This document shows positions 1 to 8,652 of a stretch of 27,712 nt of DNA, in pieces (positions within the stretch are counted from its first letter, which is position 1; each line of letters begins with the position of its first letter). The DNA comes from a virus (lineage: Duplodnaviria; Caudoviricetes): the IMG/VR virus record IMGVR_UViG_3300037465_000174, positions 1 to 27,712 of that record; one strand, written 5' to 3'. Below the pieces are notes generated by a model. The model made no database searches. It was given only the letters and a program-made list of their open reading frames with translations, and was not told the DNA's origin. The translations under genes were made by a program, and so were the position numbers.

Positions 1-1
1 A

Positions 2-115
<114 letters not shown>

Positions 116-170
116 TGAGACTAACGGAAAGACTGGAAACGGCTGGATGGGGGTTGAAAAGGCTTGATCG
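116..170 (+). promoter_or_regulatory. Putative phage end with candidate transposase-binding repeats
   Basis: TG terminus at 116-117. Imperfect tandem 20-mers GACTGGAAACGGCTGGATGG (131-150) and GGGTTGAAAAGGCTTGATCG (151-170) are 14/20 identical. Confidence 0.5.
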
Positions 171-194
171 GGCGATTTAAAGAGAAGGGTAAGG

Positions 195-1313
195 CTAAAC
201 AAAGCGGGGGGGTGAACCGGGCAGCCGATTTATGCGCATGAAGGGGGTGATTAGGCTCCGGCGGAGGGTGTCAGCCAAGGCCAGGCGGTCATAAGCCGCA
301 TAGTCTTCGCGCACACGACCCTGTAGGTTAGCGACGCCGGAGCCCAGGCCGGTGGCGTCTGTCTTAGCCGATAGCGTCTGACCGAGAATCAGGCGGGTTT
401 TGGCCGCCGTAGAGATGTCGTGAAAGCGGTCAAAGGCATCGCTGCCCACGCTGCTTTTAGCCTCGTGAAGTTCAATATTGGTATCCGAGGTTGCGACCAG
501 CCCGAACGTGCGGGCGGCCTCGCTGAATGCCTGCTCCAGGACGCGGCGAGACTCCTCATCGTCCGCTTCGTACTTGCCGACCAGGAACGGCGCCCCGAAT
601 CGCTCCAAGAATCGCGCCCACCAATCTCTGTTACAAGCGCCAAAAAGGTGCCAGAATATCAATGCACGGAATGGCCCTCCAAAGGTGTCGGGGTGGGTGA
701 GAAGGTGCCCCCGATGAACGATGTAGCGGGCGGGGTCGGGGTAATCGCTCTCACTGCCGACGTGCCCGCCGGCGTCCACACGAGCGATGCGGAGATCGCC
801 GCTCCGGTAGTCAAGCTGTTCCAGAGGAACGTTGCGCATCTCAAAGCTCGCGTACTCCAGATCACCGGGGAGCCAGCGCAGCTCCGACACAGACACTGGC
901 CAGACGGCAGAGCAGAGTAGGTGCTTCACCCCGTCGAAGAATGACGGCGAGGCGTCGAGGCAGGAAGAGAAGCGGGAGGCGGCGGCCACGTCAACGGAAG
1001 CGGCACTGAAGGGCTCCACGCGCAGAGGATTTGCGAGAACCGCCAGCTTGCGCGAGTTCATCGCTCCCTGAATCACATCATCCGCCACCTCAATCTGACG
1101 ATAGAGAGACAGCAGTGGCGTCATTTGCCCCTCCCGCGCCTGAGTCACGACGGAATGAAGGAGATCGGCGTCGAGGGTACTGCCACTGACTGTCCGGTCA
1201 AGGTGCCGGGGATCAAGTCGCCGGCGGAAGTAGCGCGCGCCGCCACGTTCGGGCGCGGCCTGTTCGGGCGGAGGGGGTGGGAGAAGGTGCTTGAAAAATT
1301 CGCGAGGTTTCAT
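195..1313 (-). CDS. Portal protein, Mu gp29/DUF935-like (short, 372 aa)
   Basis: Motifs SRKLAVL, RDWWARFLERFGAPFLVGKY and LILGQTLS...GLGSGVANLQ; follows the terminase. Confidence 0.9.
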   Translation of the reverse strand: MKPREFFKHLLPPPPPEQAAPERGGARYFRRRLDPRHLDRTVSGSTLDADLLHSVVTQAREGQMTPLLSLYRQIEVADDVIQGAMNSRKLAVLANPLRVEPFSAASVDVAAASRFSSCLDASPSFFDGVKHLLCSAVWPVSVSELRWLPGDLEYASFEMRNVPLEQLDYRSGDLRIARVDAGGHVGSESDYPDPARYIVHRGHLLTHPDTFGGPFRALIFWHLFGACNRDWWARFLERFGAPFLVGKYEADDEESRRVLEQAFSEAARTFGLVATSDTNIELHEAKSSVGSDAFDRFHDISTAAKTRLILGQTLSAKTDATGLGSGVANLQGRVREDYAAYDRLALADTLRRSLITPFMRINRLPGSPPRFV

Positions 1314-1315
1314 GG

Positions 1316-2083
1316 CTAGGAGCTAATTAAGGTTGTTTTACGGCTGCGGAGAGTCACCAGACGGTTGCCTTGATAGGGGCGCGTAAAGTGAGCACCCGCC
1401 TTCTTGACCATCCAATTTTTTAACCGGGAAAGCACTGCTGGAGAGGCGGGATCGGAGCTGAGGCCGGCGGCGACAGCCTCCGCGCGTCCGGACTTTACCA
1501 GGCACCAGTACGCGAGCTTGCCACTATCGAAGGTGTCGCCGTGCTCGCCGTTCGCGCCGAGATCGGCGATAAAGCTGCCCCTGTCACGTTGCACTAGGCG
1601 GCGATCATCCGCCAGCCACACCGCCGGCGCGATGGCTATCAAGGCATCCTCATAAAGGGCGCTGTAGAGGTTCCCAAGAAGTTGCTTGAAGCTCAAATCC
1701 TCATTTTTCCACCTCGTTTTTTCGCCAGACACAATCTGGCGAACGGGAGCGAATTTGGTGAACTCGCGCGCGATTTGAGCACACATAAACTTCTCGCTGG
1801 AGGCGTCCACGGCAATGCCGCGAATGTGCCGCCGGGCCATCGCGAGCGCTTCGCAGATGTGTCGCAAGACGGCCTTTGTCACCCGCTCGTCGCTGGTCTT
1901 CCAGCGAACTGTCAGGTGCTCAATAATGAGCGGCCCGGCTTGCTCTGAGACTGTGAGACTGCTGGGGTTGGAGGTTTTCTTCTCGGTGGTCGCCAGGTCG
2001 AGGCCGATGCCCACTGGCCCGCTGCCGATACGGCGGAGCATCGGGTCAAGAGGGATGAGATCGGAGGGCGTGCGGGCTTTCAT
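1316..2083 (-). CDS. terL: Terminase large subunit, C-terminal nuclease domain as a separate ORF
   Basis: RNase H-like acidic motifs GIGLDLA, IAVDAS and HGDTFDSGKLA, as in the Mu gp28-type C-terminus; lies between the ATPase ORF and the portal. Confidence 0.8.
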   Translation of the reverse strand: MKARTPSDLIPLDPMLRRIGSGPVGIGLDLATTEKKTSNPSSLTVSEQAGPLIIEHLTVRWKTSDERVTKAVLRHICEALAMARRHIRGIAVDASSEKFMCAQIAREFTKFAPVRQIVSGEKTRWKNEDLSFKQLLGNLYSALYEDALIAIAPAVWLADDRRLVQRDRGSFIADLGANGEHGDTFDSGKLAYWCLVKSGRAEAVAAGLSSDPASPAVLSRLKNWMVKKAGAHFTRPYQGNRLVTLRSRKTTLISS

Positions 2084-2095
2084 GGGAAACAGGGA

Positions 2096-2167
2096 TCACG
2101 GATTGCGCGAGGGCATCGCGGGCGGCGGACAGGAGATGCCGCACTGATCTTCAGTCGCGGCACTCAT
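2096..2167 (-). CDS. 23-aa mini-ORF between the terminase halves
   Basis: ATGA overlap with the stop of the ATPase ORF; MSAATEDQCGISCPPPAMPSRNP*; same frame as the nuclease ORF. Confidence 0.3.
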   Translation of the reverse strand: MSAATEDQCGISCPPPAMPSRNP

Positions 2168-3081
2168 GCCTCCATCCCCTCCGTGATGTTGAGGGCTTCA
2201 CAGCCCAGCTCCGCGCCCTTAGCTGCGGCGTGATTGAGATCGGTGCGCGAGATTGCAGCGAGGCCGCCTTTCACGAAACGGCAGCCGTAATTTCTGTCCC
2301 AAGCCGTCTTATCGAGTGATTTGCCGCGCGCATCATCTGGCGTGATGGGCGCGCGCGTCTCAGAGTCATAGAGCGGCACACCGGCGGCGTGCGCGTCGTG
2401 GGCGTCGAGGCGATGCACCATGATTCCGGCTTGCGAACGGTAGAAGTTCCCGACGCGACAGACGGGGAACTCATCGGAGGCGGGCGCGAGGAGTTCATAA
2501 CTCCAGTGCGAATCGTCCTGCGGAGGCGTGGTGGCACCGCGAATGAGAAACGCTGGATTGCTTTCCACGAACGGCTGAGCGGCCTCCATGACCTCTTTGA
2601 AGTTTGGCATCCGACCCACCTCATCCAGCACGAGATGGCCGGTGAAACCCACGGCGGTGTCCGGGTTCGGCGCGATCACGATGGATCGTGAATAAGTGGC
2701 GTTGTCATGCCATAGACGTGCCTCAAGTTTCTGGTGCTCAAACAGATCGGCGATGGCGTCGATGTCGAGGAGGTCGCCATCTTCATTATCGGCGACGCTG
2801 GTGATCATGTATTGGCCGTCTGAATTGGCCGCCTTGCGCATCATCTGCATCACCCCGCGCCACACCTCCGCCTCCTTGCGGATATTCTCCATACCGAGCC
2901 GGAGGGCGGCGCTCATGAAGACGACGGTGATGCCGGGAGTGGAGAGCATCCAATCGAGACCAATGCAACCGAGGTTAAATGACTTCCCGCACTGTCGGCG
3001 CCAGACAAAGAAGAGGATTCCGAGCTTTGAGGAAAAGACCTCACGCTGGTAAGGGCGGAGACTGACGAGAGGCGAAGTCAT
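2164..3081 (-). CDS. terL: Terminase large subunit, N-terminal ATPase domain
   Basis: LRPYQ adenine-binding motif, WRRQCGKS Walker A, LVLDEVG Walker B, ATTP coupling motif and a WDRNYGCRF end motif. Confidence 0.88.
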   Translation of the reverse strand: MTSPLVSLRPYQREVFSSKLGILFFVWRRQCGKSFNLGCIGLDWMLSTPGITVVFMSAALRLGMENIRKEAEVWRGVMQMMRKAANSDGQYMITSVADNEDGDLLDIDAIADLFEHQKLEARLWHDNATYSRSIVIAPNPDTAVGFTGHLVLDEVGRMPNFKEVMEAAQPFVESNPAFLIRGATTPPQDDSHWSYELLAPASDEFPVCRVGNFYRSQAGIMVHRLDAHDAHAAGVPLYDSETRAPITPDDARGKSLDKTAWDRNYGCRFVKGGLAAISRTDLNHAAAKGAELGCEALNITEGMEA

Positions 3082-3278
3082 GGGGTGACGGAGGCGGAGC
3101 CTTGCGGTGCGAGGCTGGGACAGTGACCAGGGGGCATGAGAGCCTCAACATCAGCGGCCTCATCCGCCGAGCGCGGCTGGTGGCAGAGCTGGGTGATCGC
3201 CCAAAATAGCAACCCGGCGAGAACGAGCGAGGCGAGTGCCAGGCGCATCACAGCGAGGACTGATTGGATGGGGTTCAT
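3078..3278 (-). CDS. Small single-TM membrane protein
   Basis: MNPIQSVLAVMRLALASLVLAGLLFWAITQL; ATGA overlaps with neighbours on both sides. Confidence 0.55.
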   Translation of the reverse strand: MNPIQSVLAVMRLALASLVLAGLLFWAITQLCHQPRSADEAADVEALMPPGHCPSLAPQGSASVTP

Positions 3279-3436
3279 TGCGGAGGCCATGGGCGGAGCA
3301 GGTTGTAATCTTCAGCAGGCGCGTAAAGATAGAGCCAGTATTCAATCGAGGGGTTAAGCGGACGCGGCAGATGGCGCTCCTCGGGAGAAGCGCAACCTGC
3401 GAGGAAGATGAGAGTGACAGTGAGAGAGAACTTCAT
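3275..3436 (-). CDS. Small Pro-rich lipoprotein (53 aa; not in the ORF track)
   Basis: MKFSLTVTLIFLAG-C lipobox followed by ASPEERHLPRPLNPSIEYWLYLYAPAEDYNLLRPWPPQ*; its stop overlaps the next ATG. Confidence 0.6.
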   Translation of the reverse strand: MKFSLTVTLIFLAGCASPEERHLPRPLNPSIEYWLYLYAPAEDYNLLRPWPPQ

Positions 3437-3442
3437 TGTTTG

Positions 3443-3477
3443 AGAACTTCGCTCACACGCCGGAAAGCCTGTGCCAC
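3443..3477 (+). repeat. REP-like hairpin family A copy
   Basis: AGAACTTCGCT-CACACGCC-GGAA-AGCCTGTG-CCAC. Confidence 0.75.
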
Positions 3478-3478
3478 A

Positions 3479-5347
3479 TCAAGGGGGTGCGATGGTGGTT
3501 ACTGTGCCGGAGCTGCCGCGATATTTGAGCGCGCCGTTTTCAACAAACAAAACGCCTCCACCAGTCGGATTAGCAAAGGGTGCAGTGGCGCAATTCTTGA
3601 TAAAAACCACCCCGCCGCCGCCACCGTAGGAGCCGAAGCCGAACAGCGCGATATTCTTCCCTGGACCCACCTCTAGGCTGAGGTGGCCTGATACGGATTT
3701 GGTTATGACCGGCCCCCCCCCTCCGGACGTAATGGTAAAAGATCCGTAATTCGTCGCAGCCAGGCTATCAATCGTTGTCGAGTTCGCTCCTCCAATAGAG
3801 ATGTTGGTTGACCCGTATTGAGACGACAGAGACAGGACGCGTCCGTTGCTGTTTGTGCTTTTAACATCAAGCCCGGAATCTTTCGTGACGGTGAACGCGT
3901 CGGTTGTGCCGGAGGCACCGCCTCTGACTCGAAACAGCGTTGAGTCAGAAGCGCTAGCCGTATCAGTGATCGTGATTTCAACCCCGCGAAAGGTGACACC
4001 CGCCGCGCCGAAGGTCTGCGTACCGGTCATGAGCGGCGCGCTTTCGGTGACAGTCCCGCCGGTGAGGGTGAGCGCGCTGCCGGATGACGGAGCGAGCGTG
4101 ATGCCACCGTTACTCGTGGCGCTGCCCGTGACAGCGCCGAGGGTCGAAGGGCCTGCGCGATATTGCAGCTCTGAACCTGAACCTCCAGGGGTGTCGCCGC
4201 TCGTGAGGGTAGCGAACTCCAAGGCGTCGTTCGCGGCGTTGCGGCGCAGGACTTGGAGCGCAGAGCCGGTGCCGAGGCGATCCGGCGGCAGTGTGCCGGT
4301 GGTGATGTTGGAAGCGTCAATACCGCTGCCCACCTTGGAGCCAGTGAGAGAGCCATCCGCGAGATCAGCTAGATCAGAGTCGAAGGCTTGAACATTCGCG
4401 CCAATGACGAGGCCGAGATTTGCGCGCGCAGCGGATGCGTTTGTCGCGCCAGTGCCTCCCTCGCTGATCGACCAAGGAGTGGGGTAGGCTAAAAGTGGCG
4501 AGTCGCTTAGCTTAACCCAGTAGCTAGTCCAGTTTGCGCCACTAAGTATCCCATTTTCATCAGTATCACTAACATGGGGCTGTAGCGCGATGAAGGTTCC
4601 TTCACCTGGAGCGATCACGCTGTCCCCCCTTGAGTAAGCGATCCCAGCCGCCCATGTGCCCTGCGGCTGCGGAACCAAAAGCTCATCGGCTAGCTCAGTG
4701 AGCGTGGTAAAGCCCGTGCCACCGTAGGCGGCCTGTATCACATCTCCCTGCCAGGAGCCCGTGGTGATCGTGCCTGTGGTGGTGATGTTCGCGCTGCCGG
4801 TCCAGAGAGACAAAGTGACATCCTCCACATTGCCAAGACCTGCGGCTACGGCGAGCGAGCCGGAATCGCCAAGGGTGAGCAGCGAGCGACCAAAGGCTGT
4901 CGTGGTCAACGCGGCCACACTGGTGAGGTCGAAGTCAAGCGGTTGATATGAGGTAACAGCTCCGGCGATGCTTAGCTTCGCATCAAGAGCGCTTTGAAGA
5001 TCGGTTTGATTGCTGAGAGTCCCCGCGATGCTGCCCCACAATCCGCCGCCACTGAGCACGGCGACCCAATTCCCCGCGCTGGTGCCGTTGGCGCGATACA
5101 AAATTCCCGTGTCGGTCTCCCAGCCGAGCTGCCCGCTCATGACAGGTGCAGTGCTCGCCCGCGTGGCCGCTGTGAACGTCTGCGCGAGCTGACGGCCAGC
5201 AGGGAAGGCGATCGAGCCACTGGTGGTGACAGTGACGCTCTCCGTGGACGGCGTGATGCTCGGCGGTGTCTGCGCAGTGGCCGCGCCAAGCATGAAGGCG
5301 ATGAGAGCAAGAGCGACGAGGGCGAGGATGAGGGAGCGGAGTTTCAT
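3479..5347 (-). CDS. Tail-fibre/adhesin-like mosaic protein with N-terminal signal peptide
   Basis: Start MKLRSLILALVALALIAFMLGAATA-Q. Fibre-type segments WGSIAGTLSNQTDLQSALDAK, YQPLDFDLT and GGTGATNASAARANLGL. A CBM5/12-like WAAGIAYSRGDSV...W..YW segment. G/S/T-rich. Confidence 0.7.
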   Translation of the reverse strand: MKLRSLILALVALALIAFMLGAATAQTPPSITPSTESVTVTTSGSIAFPAGRQLAQTFTAATRASTAPVMSGQLGWETDTGILYRANGTSAGNWVAVLSGGGLWGSIAGTLSNQTDLQSALDAKLSIAGAVTSYQPLDFDLTSVAALTTTAFGRSLLTLGDSGSLAVAAGLGNVEDVTLSLWTGSANITTTGTITTGSWQGDVIQAAYGGTGFTTLTELADELLVPQPQGTWAAGIAYSRGDSVIAPGEGTFIALQPHVSDTDENGILSGANWTSYWVKLSDSPLLAYPTPWSISEGGTGATNASAARANLGLVIGANVQAFDSDLADLADGSLTGSKVGSGIDASNITTGTLPPDRLGTGSALQVLRRNAANDALEFATLTSGDTPGGSGSELQYRAGPSTLGAVTGSATSNGGITLAPSSGSALTLTGGTVTESAPLMTGTQTFGAAGVTFRGVEITITDTASASDSTLFRVRGGASGTTDAFTVTKDSGLDVKSTNSNGRVLSLSSQYGSTNISIGGANSTTIDSLAATNYGSFTITSGGGGPVITKSVSGHLSLEVGPGKNIALFGFGSYGGGGGVVFIKNCATAPFANPTGGGVLFVENGALKYRGSSGTVTTIAPP

Positions 5348-5384
5348 TGCAAGAATGGACTGATGGGATATTGGAATGACGGAA

Positions 5385-6050
5385 TCAGGCGGCGGCGGGT
5401 GATGATGAGGGCGTGCCAAAGAGCGCGGCGCGGAGGAGATCGGCCTTGATGGCGCGCGGCTTCGATGAACCCATGATGTCCTGCACCTCCTTGGACGTGG
5501 CTTTTTTCATGAGCTTCTCCACCGCGCCGAGTTCCCATTTTTCGCGCTCAAGTTGGAGGCGCCTTTCGTCCAGACTTTGCTTCTCTGCCTTGAGCTTCAC
5601 CGCGCGGTGCTTTGTTTGCTCGCCCTGCAACCGAGCGAGCGCATTGATGAAGGCGGGCAGATTCTCCGGACACTCCTTCAGTAGATCCTTTTGTCTCTCC
5701 GCGTCGAGTTCGTCGAGGATTTCCATCAGTACGCCGCCAGCGATGGCCGCGCCGCCACTGAGCACGTCCGCCGTGTCGCCGCCAATCTTACGCGCGTATT
5801 CAGCGAGCTGTCGATTGCGCCAGGCGCGCTCTTGTCTGCGCCGCCAATCCGCATATCCCGTCTCAATCCAATTGTTCAGGTTTTGCGAGGTAACAGGAGC
5901 GCCATCGAACCGCTCCTTCATGCGCGCGATCACTTCCGGCTGAGCATTCAGCCAGGCGAGGGCTTCGAGACCCGTCTGACCATCACTCAAGCGTCGCGCG
6001 AGTTCATCGCGCAGCGCGAGAGACAGAGCGGAAATTTTGCCGGTGCCCAT
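5385..6050 (-). CDS. Mu gp27/DUF3486-like small terminase-type protein
   Basis: N-terminus GKISALSLALRDELARRLSDG...WLN...VTSQNLNNW with a coiled-coil C-terminus; upstream of terL. Confidence 0.7.
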   Translation of the reverse strand: MGTGKISALSLALRDELARRLSDGQTGLEALAWLNAQPEVIARMKERFDGAPVTSQNLNNWIETGYADWRRRQERAWRNRQLAEYARKIGGDTADVLSGGAAIAGGVLMEILDELDAERQKDLLKECPENLPAFINALARLQGEQTKHRAVKLKAEKQSLDERRLQLEREKWELGAVEKLMKKATSKEVQDIMGSSKPRAIKADLLRAALFGTPSSSPAAA

Positions 6051-6070
6051 ACTGGATGGAAAGATGCAAA

Positions 6071-6190
6071 CTAAAAGACAGTGATGAAACAGGCGGGCAC
6101 ACCATGAAGTGGCGGCGCGGGAGCGCGATGCGTATAGATCGTGAGGTGGAGCATGAGCAGGTAAAGGAGCAGGCGGGCGAGCGTTATCAT
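6071..6190 (-). CDS. 39-aa hydrophobic mini-ORF after the endolysin
   Basis: ATGA-coupled to the endolysin stop; MITLARLLLYLLMLHLTIYTHRAPAPPLHGVPACFITVF*. Confidence 0.35.
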   Translation of the reverse strand: MITLARLLLYLLMLHLTIYTHRAPAPPLHGVPACFITVF

Positions 6191-6804
6191 GAGACGCGAA
6201 ATGATATGTAATGCACGGCCACGCACGCCTGGAGCAGCACAGCAGCGCCCGTCTGACGACTTACAGTGTTCGCGTCGAATCTCCCGTCAGCGATGTACTT
6301 GCCGCGCTCGTAGTGATTCGATCCGCCCCACAGGTAGGGCGTCGCGATGCAACGGCGGCGATAGCCGAGGCCGTTATAGCGCTCAAGCGTGTCGAGTGTC
6401 ACACCAATGGATGCCCAGCCCTCCGCGCCGACGTGATGGAGGCCGTCGTAGCGCAGCGCGTCAATCGCGCTGTCCTCCCAGCTGAAGGGAGGACGCCCCC
6501 CCTTCGGGCGTCCAGCGGGCACCTGCTTCGTCCTCGCAGTTAGAGGATCGCCATTGTGCAGATGCAGCGCGAAGCTGCCACCGCATTCGAGCTGGTGAAG
6601 GATGCCCACGATGCACCAGGGCACACCCGTCGCGCGACCGGCGGCGATGTAGCGAGCCCTTCCCGCCGCGATGCCCTGCATGAGATGCGTGCTCGCGAGC
6701 TGAGCTGTGACACCCACGCGCATGTCCGCCCACAGCGCCTCAAGCGCCGCGTGAATCAGGCGCGGCTGCTTGGAATCACGGAGCGTAACGAGAGAGGGGT
6801 GCAT
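6187..6804 (-). CDS. Endolysin, lysozyme-family (COG5526-like)
   Basis: Motifs GVPW..VGILHQLE, HLHNGDPL, WEDSAIDAL, LERYNGLGY and PYLWGGSNHY..GKYIADG. Start taken at MHPSL. Confidence 0.88.
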   Translation of the reverse strand: MHPSLVTLRDSKQPRLIHAALEALWADMRVGVTAQLASTHLMQGIAAGRARYIAAGRATGVPWCIVGILHQLECGGSFALHLHNGDPLTARTKQVPAGRPKGGRPPFSWEDSAIDALRYDGLHHVGAEGWASIGVTLDTLERYNGLGYRRRCIATPYLWGGSNHYERGKYIADGRFDANTVSRQTGAAVLLQACVAVHYISFRVS

Positions 6805-6830
6805 AGAGGGGAAGGCCAAGGCGAAAAGGA

Positions 6831-7289
6831 TTACCTCCCCGTCGGCGGCGTGGCGATCTCCATGCCTTTGATGGACTTGCGAGCGATCACATACACCGCG
6901 TTCACGGCGATGGCGGAGAGGGCGGCCCATTGACCATCCACCTTGTCGAGGGCGGCGAGCACGAGGCTAAAACCGCCACTGGCGAGTGTGGCCCAAAACT
7001 CCGATGTTAAAACGCCATCGCGCAGCTTGAGGCCGAGGCGGAGCTTGAAGCCGCTGCGGATGTAGGTGTACGCGGCAGTGAGCGCGGTGCTGATGAGGAC
7101 AGCGAGTTCACCATCGAGCATCTTAGTCGCGGCCATAAGAGTGCTAATGAGCTGCGAGAGCACGAGCGTCCAGAATTCAGTGGTTGTGATACCGGGTTTC
7201 AGCTTTGCATTCATGATCTCTTCGGGGTGAGTTTGTGCATATTCGACCGCCCGGCGAATTTTGAGGAGCGCACCGAGCTTGGCGAACAT
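6831..7289 (-). CDS. Holin-like membrane protein with internal duplication
   Basis: Two units, KPGITTTEFW and RDGVLTSEFW, each followed by two hydrophobic helices; directly upstream of the endolysin. Confidence 0.65.
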   Translation of the reverse strand: MFAKLGALLKIRRAVEYAQTHPEEIMNAKLKPGITTTEFWTLVLSQLISTLMAATKMLDGELAVLISTALTAAYTYIRSGFKLRLGLKLRDGVLTSEFWATLASGGFSLVLAALDKVDGQWAALSAIAVNAVYVIARKSIKGMEIATPPTGR

Positions 7290-7359
7290 GCTGGTTAAAC
7301 GGGGCTGGTGGTTTGGGTTCGAGGGTTGAGGGAGAGCAGACGGGAGTGCCTGTTTCACA

Positions 7360-7743
7360 TTAAAAGCGCAGCGTGCCAGTGAGGCGCGCGCCGAGGGCGT
7401 TCACAGATTCTCGCAACCGCGAAAGGAGTTCGGCGGACGGAGCGGCCTCGAAGCGATGAAGGAGGCGGAGCGCTTCCGCGCCGAGGGCTGAGAAGCCGAG
7501 GGTTTCCGCCGCAATCACGGGCGCGATTTGAAGCGAGAAGGCGCGCCCCGCGCTTGACGGCTGGGCGAGGATGTCAGCGGCCTCCGGTGGCGCGCTGCTT
7601 TCGCTTTGCGCTAGGACGAAGACGCCCGGCAGAGGTTTGTTTGTTTGAGAATGGCGGACAGGAGCGTCCTCTCCGCTGCCGGGGCTGGTGATGGCGGCAA
7701 GGATCGCGCCGGGCGGGGCTTGGCGTTTGGCGATGTCGTTCAT
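7360..7743 (-). CDS. Hypothetical protein
   Basis: ATG after the AC-rich leader ccaacgaaccccgacaccATG; fills the operon gap. Confidence 0.55.
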   Translation of the reverse strand: MNDIAKRQAPPGAILAAITSPGSGEDAPVRHSQTNKPLPGVFVLAQSESSAPPEAADILAQPSSAGRAFSLQIAPVIAAETLGFSALGAEALRLLHRFEAAPSAELLSRLRESVNALGARLTGTLRF

Positions 7744-7801
7744 GGTGTCGGGGTTCGTTGGTAAAGAGCAAAAATGGCTGGATATCGAAAAACATGAGAG
7801 A

Positions 7802-8077
7802 CTAGCGCCCGCCACGCTCCACGAAGCGGATGCCATCCGTTGTGATTTGGTAGAGCTTCGAGGCGCTGAGTTGCCCGCTGGAAACGGTGATGAGCTTGTC
7901 GCCGGCGAGGTAGGAGAGCGCGGCGATGATCTCGGCATCGCCGAAGTCATAACCATCACGAGAGAGACCGAGAGAGATGTTACCCAACCCCACAGTGAGA
8001 CCTTGGCGGTCGCAGAGGTAATGGAGAGTCGCATGGCGGCAGTCTCCAGCGCGATGGGTGTCCTTTGGAATAGGCAT
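7802..8077 (-). CDS. Mu gp26-like winged-helix small protein
   Basis: EIIAALSYLAGDKLI...YQITTDGIRFVE pattern and position near the gp25/gp27-like genes. Confidence 0.6.
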   Translation of the reverse strand: MPIPKDTHRAGDCRHATLHYLCDRQGLTVGLGNISLGLSRDGYDFGDAEIIAALSYLAGDKLITVSSGQLSASKLYQITTDGIRFVERGGR

Positions 8078-8100
8078 AACGAGAGAGAAGGCAGAAGGGA

Positions 8101-8511
8101 TCAGGGGGTGGATCGGGCGGCGTGGACTTCGCCGCGCAGCTCCGCGATGCCGGTGCCGAGGCTGCGAAGCTCGTGGTTGACACTGGTAAGCGTGGACTCC
8201 ACGCGAGAGAGTTGCTTCTCGATACGGTTTTCGATCTCCGACGCGCGAGCGCCGAGACGCTTCTCGGCCTCGTTGCTTGCGGTGTTCGCCTCGTCAATCA
8301 GCGACACCAGGCGATCCTCCAGAGCGCCCACTTCCACCTTTGACGCATAGACCTCGTGATGCGGAGGGCGAGCTTTGAAGAAGCCGATAATATCCAGCAA
8401 CCCTTTGAGCGCGCCAATGACACCGGGGATAGCGATGGCGACAATGCCCGCGATCAGGATGGCTGGCGAGACGGGTATATCAACACTGTAAGCGATCGGT
8501 AGGCAGATCAT
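8101..8511 (-). CDS. N-terminal TM plus coiled-coil protein (Mu gp25-like position)
   Basis: Hydrophobic segment followed by a heptad-rich region; first gene of the leftward late operon. Confidence 0.6.
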   Translation of the reverse strand: MICLPIAYSVDIPVSPAILIAGIVAIAIPGVIGALKGLLDIIGFFKARPPHHEVYASKVEVGALEDRLVSLIDEANTASNEAEKRLGARASEIENRIEKQLSRVESTLTSVNHELRSLGTGIAELRGEVHAARSTP

Positions 8512-8519
8512 TCGCGCCG

Positions 8520-8579
8520 AGAATAGAGAGTGGCGGCTACGCAGATCGAGAATCGCGCGCGAAGGGGCGCAATGACTCA
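8520..8579 (-). promoter_or_regulatory. Putative leftward late promoter (activator box plus -10)
   Basis: TGAGTCATTGCGCCCCTTCGCGCGCG (8579-8554), 23 nt, then CTCTCTATTCTCGG, then ATG at 8511; paralleled at 20792. Confidence 0.65.
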
Positions 8580-8652
8580 GGAGCGAACCAATAACTCTGC
8601 GACTGCCTCGTTTTAGCGAGTTCTCTGTAGCGCGATTTAGCCGTCAGGGTGA

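Noticed and set aside
2084-2163. Intron or intein in terL
   Set aside because: Only 80 bp, with no group I/II core or intein motifs.
3479-5347. Invertible tail-fibre segment or DGR target
   Set aside because: No invertase, reverse transcriptase, flanking inverted repeats or template/variable repeat pair seen in the window.
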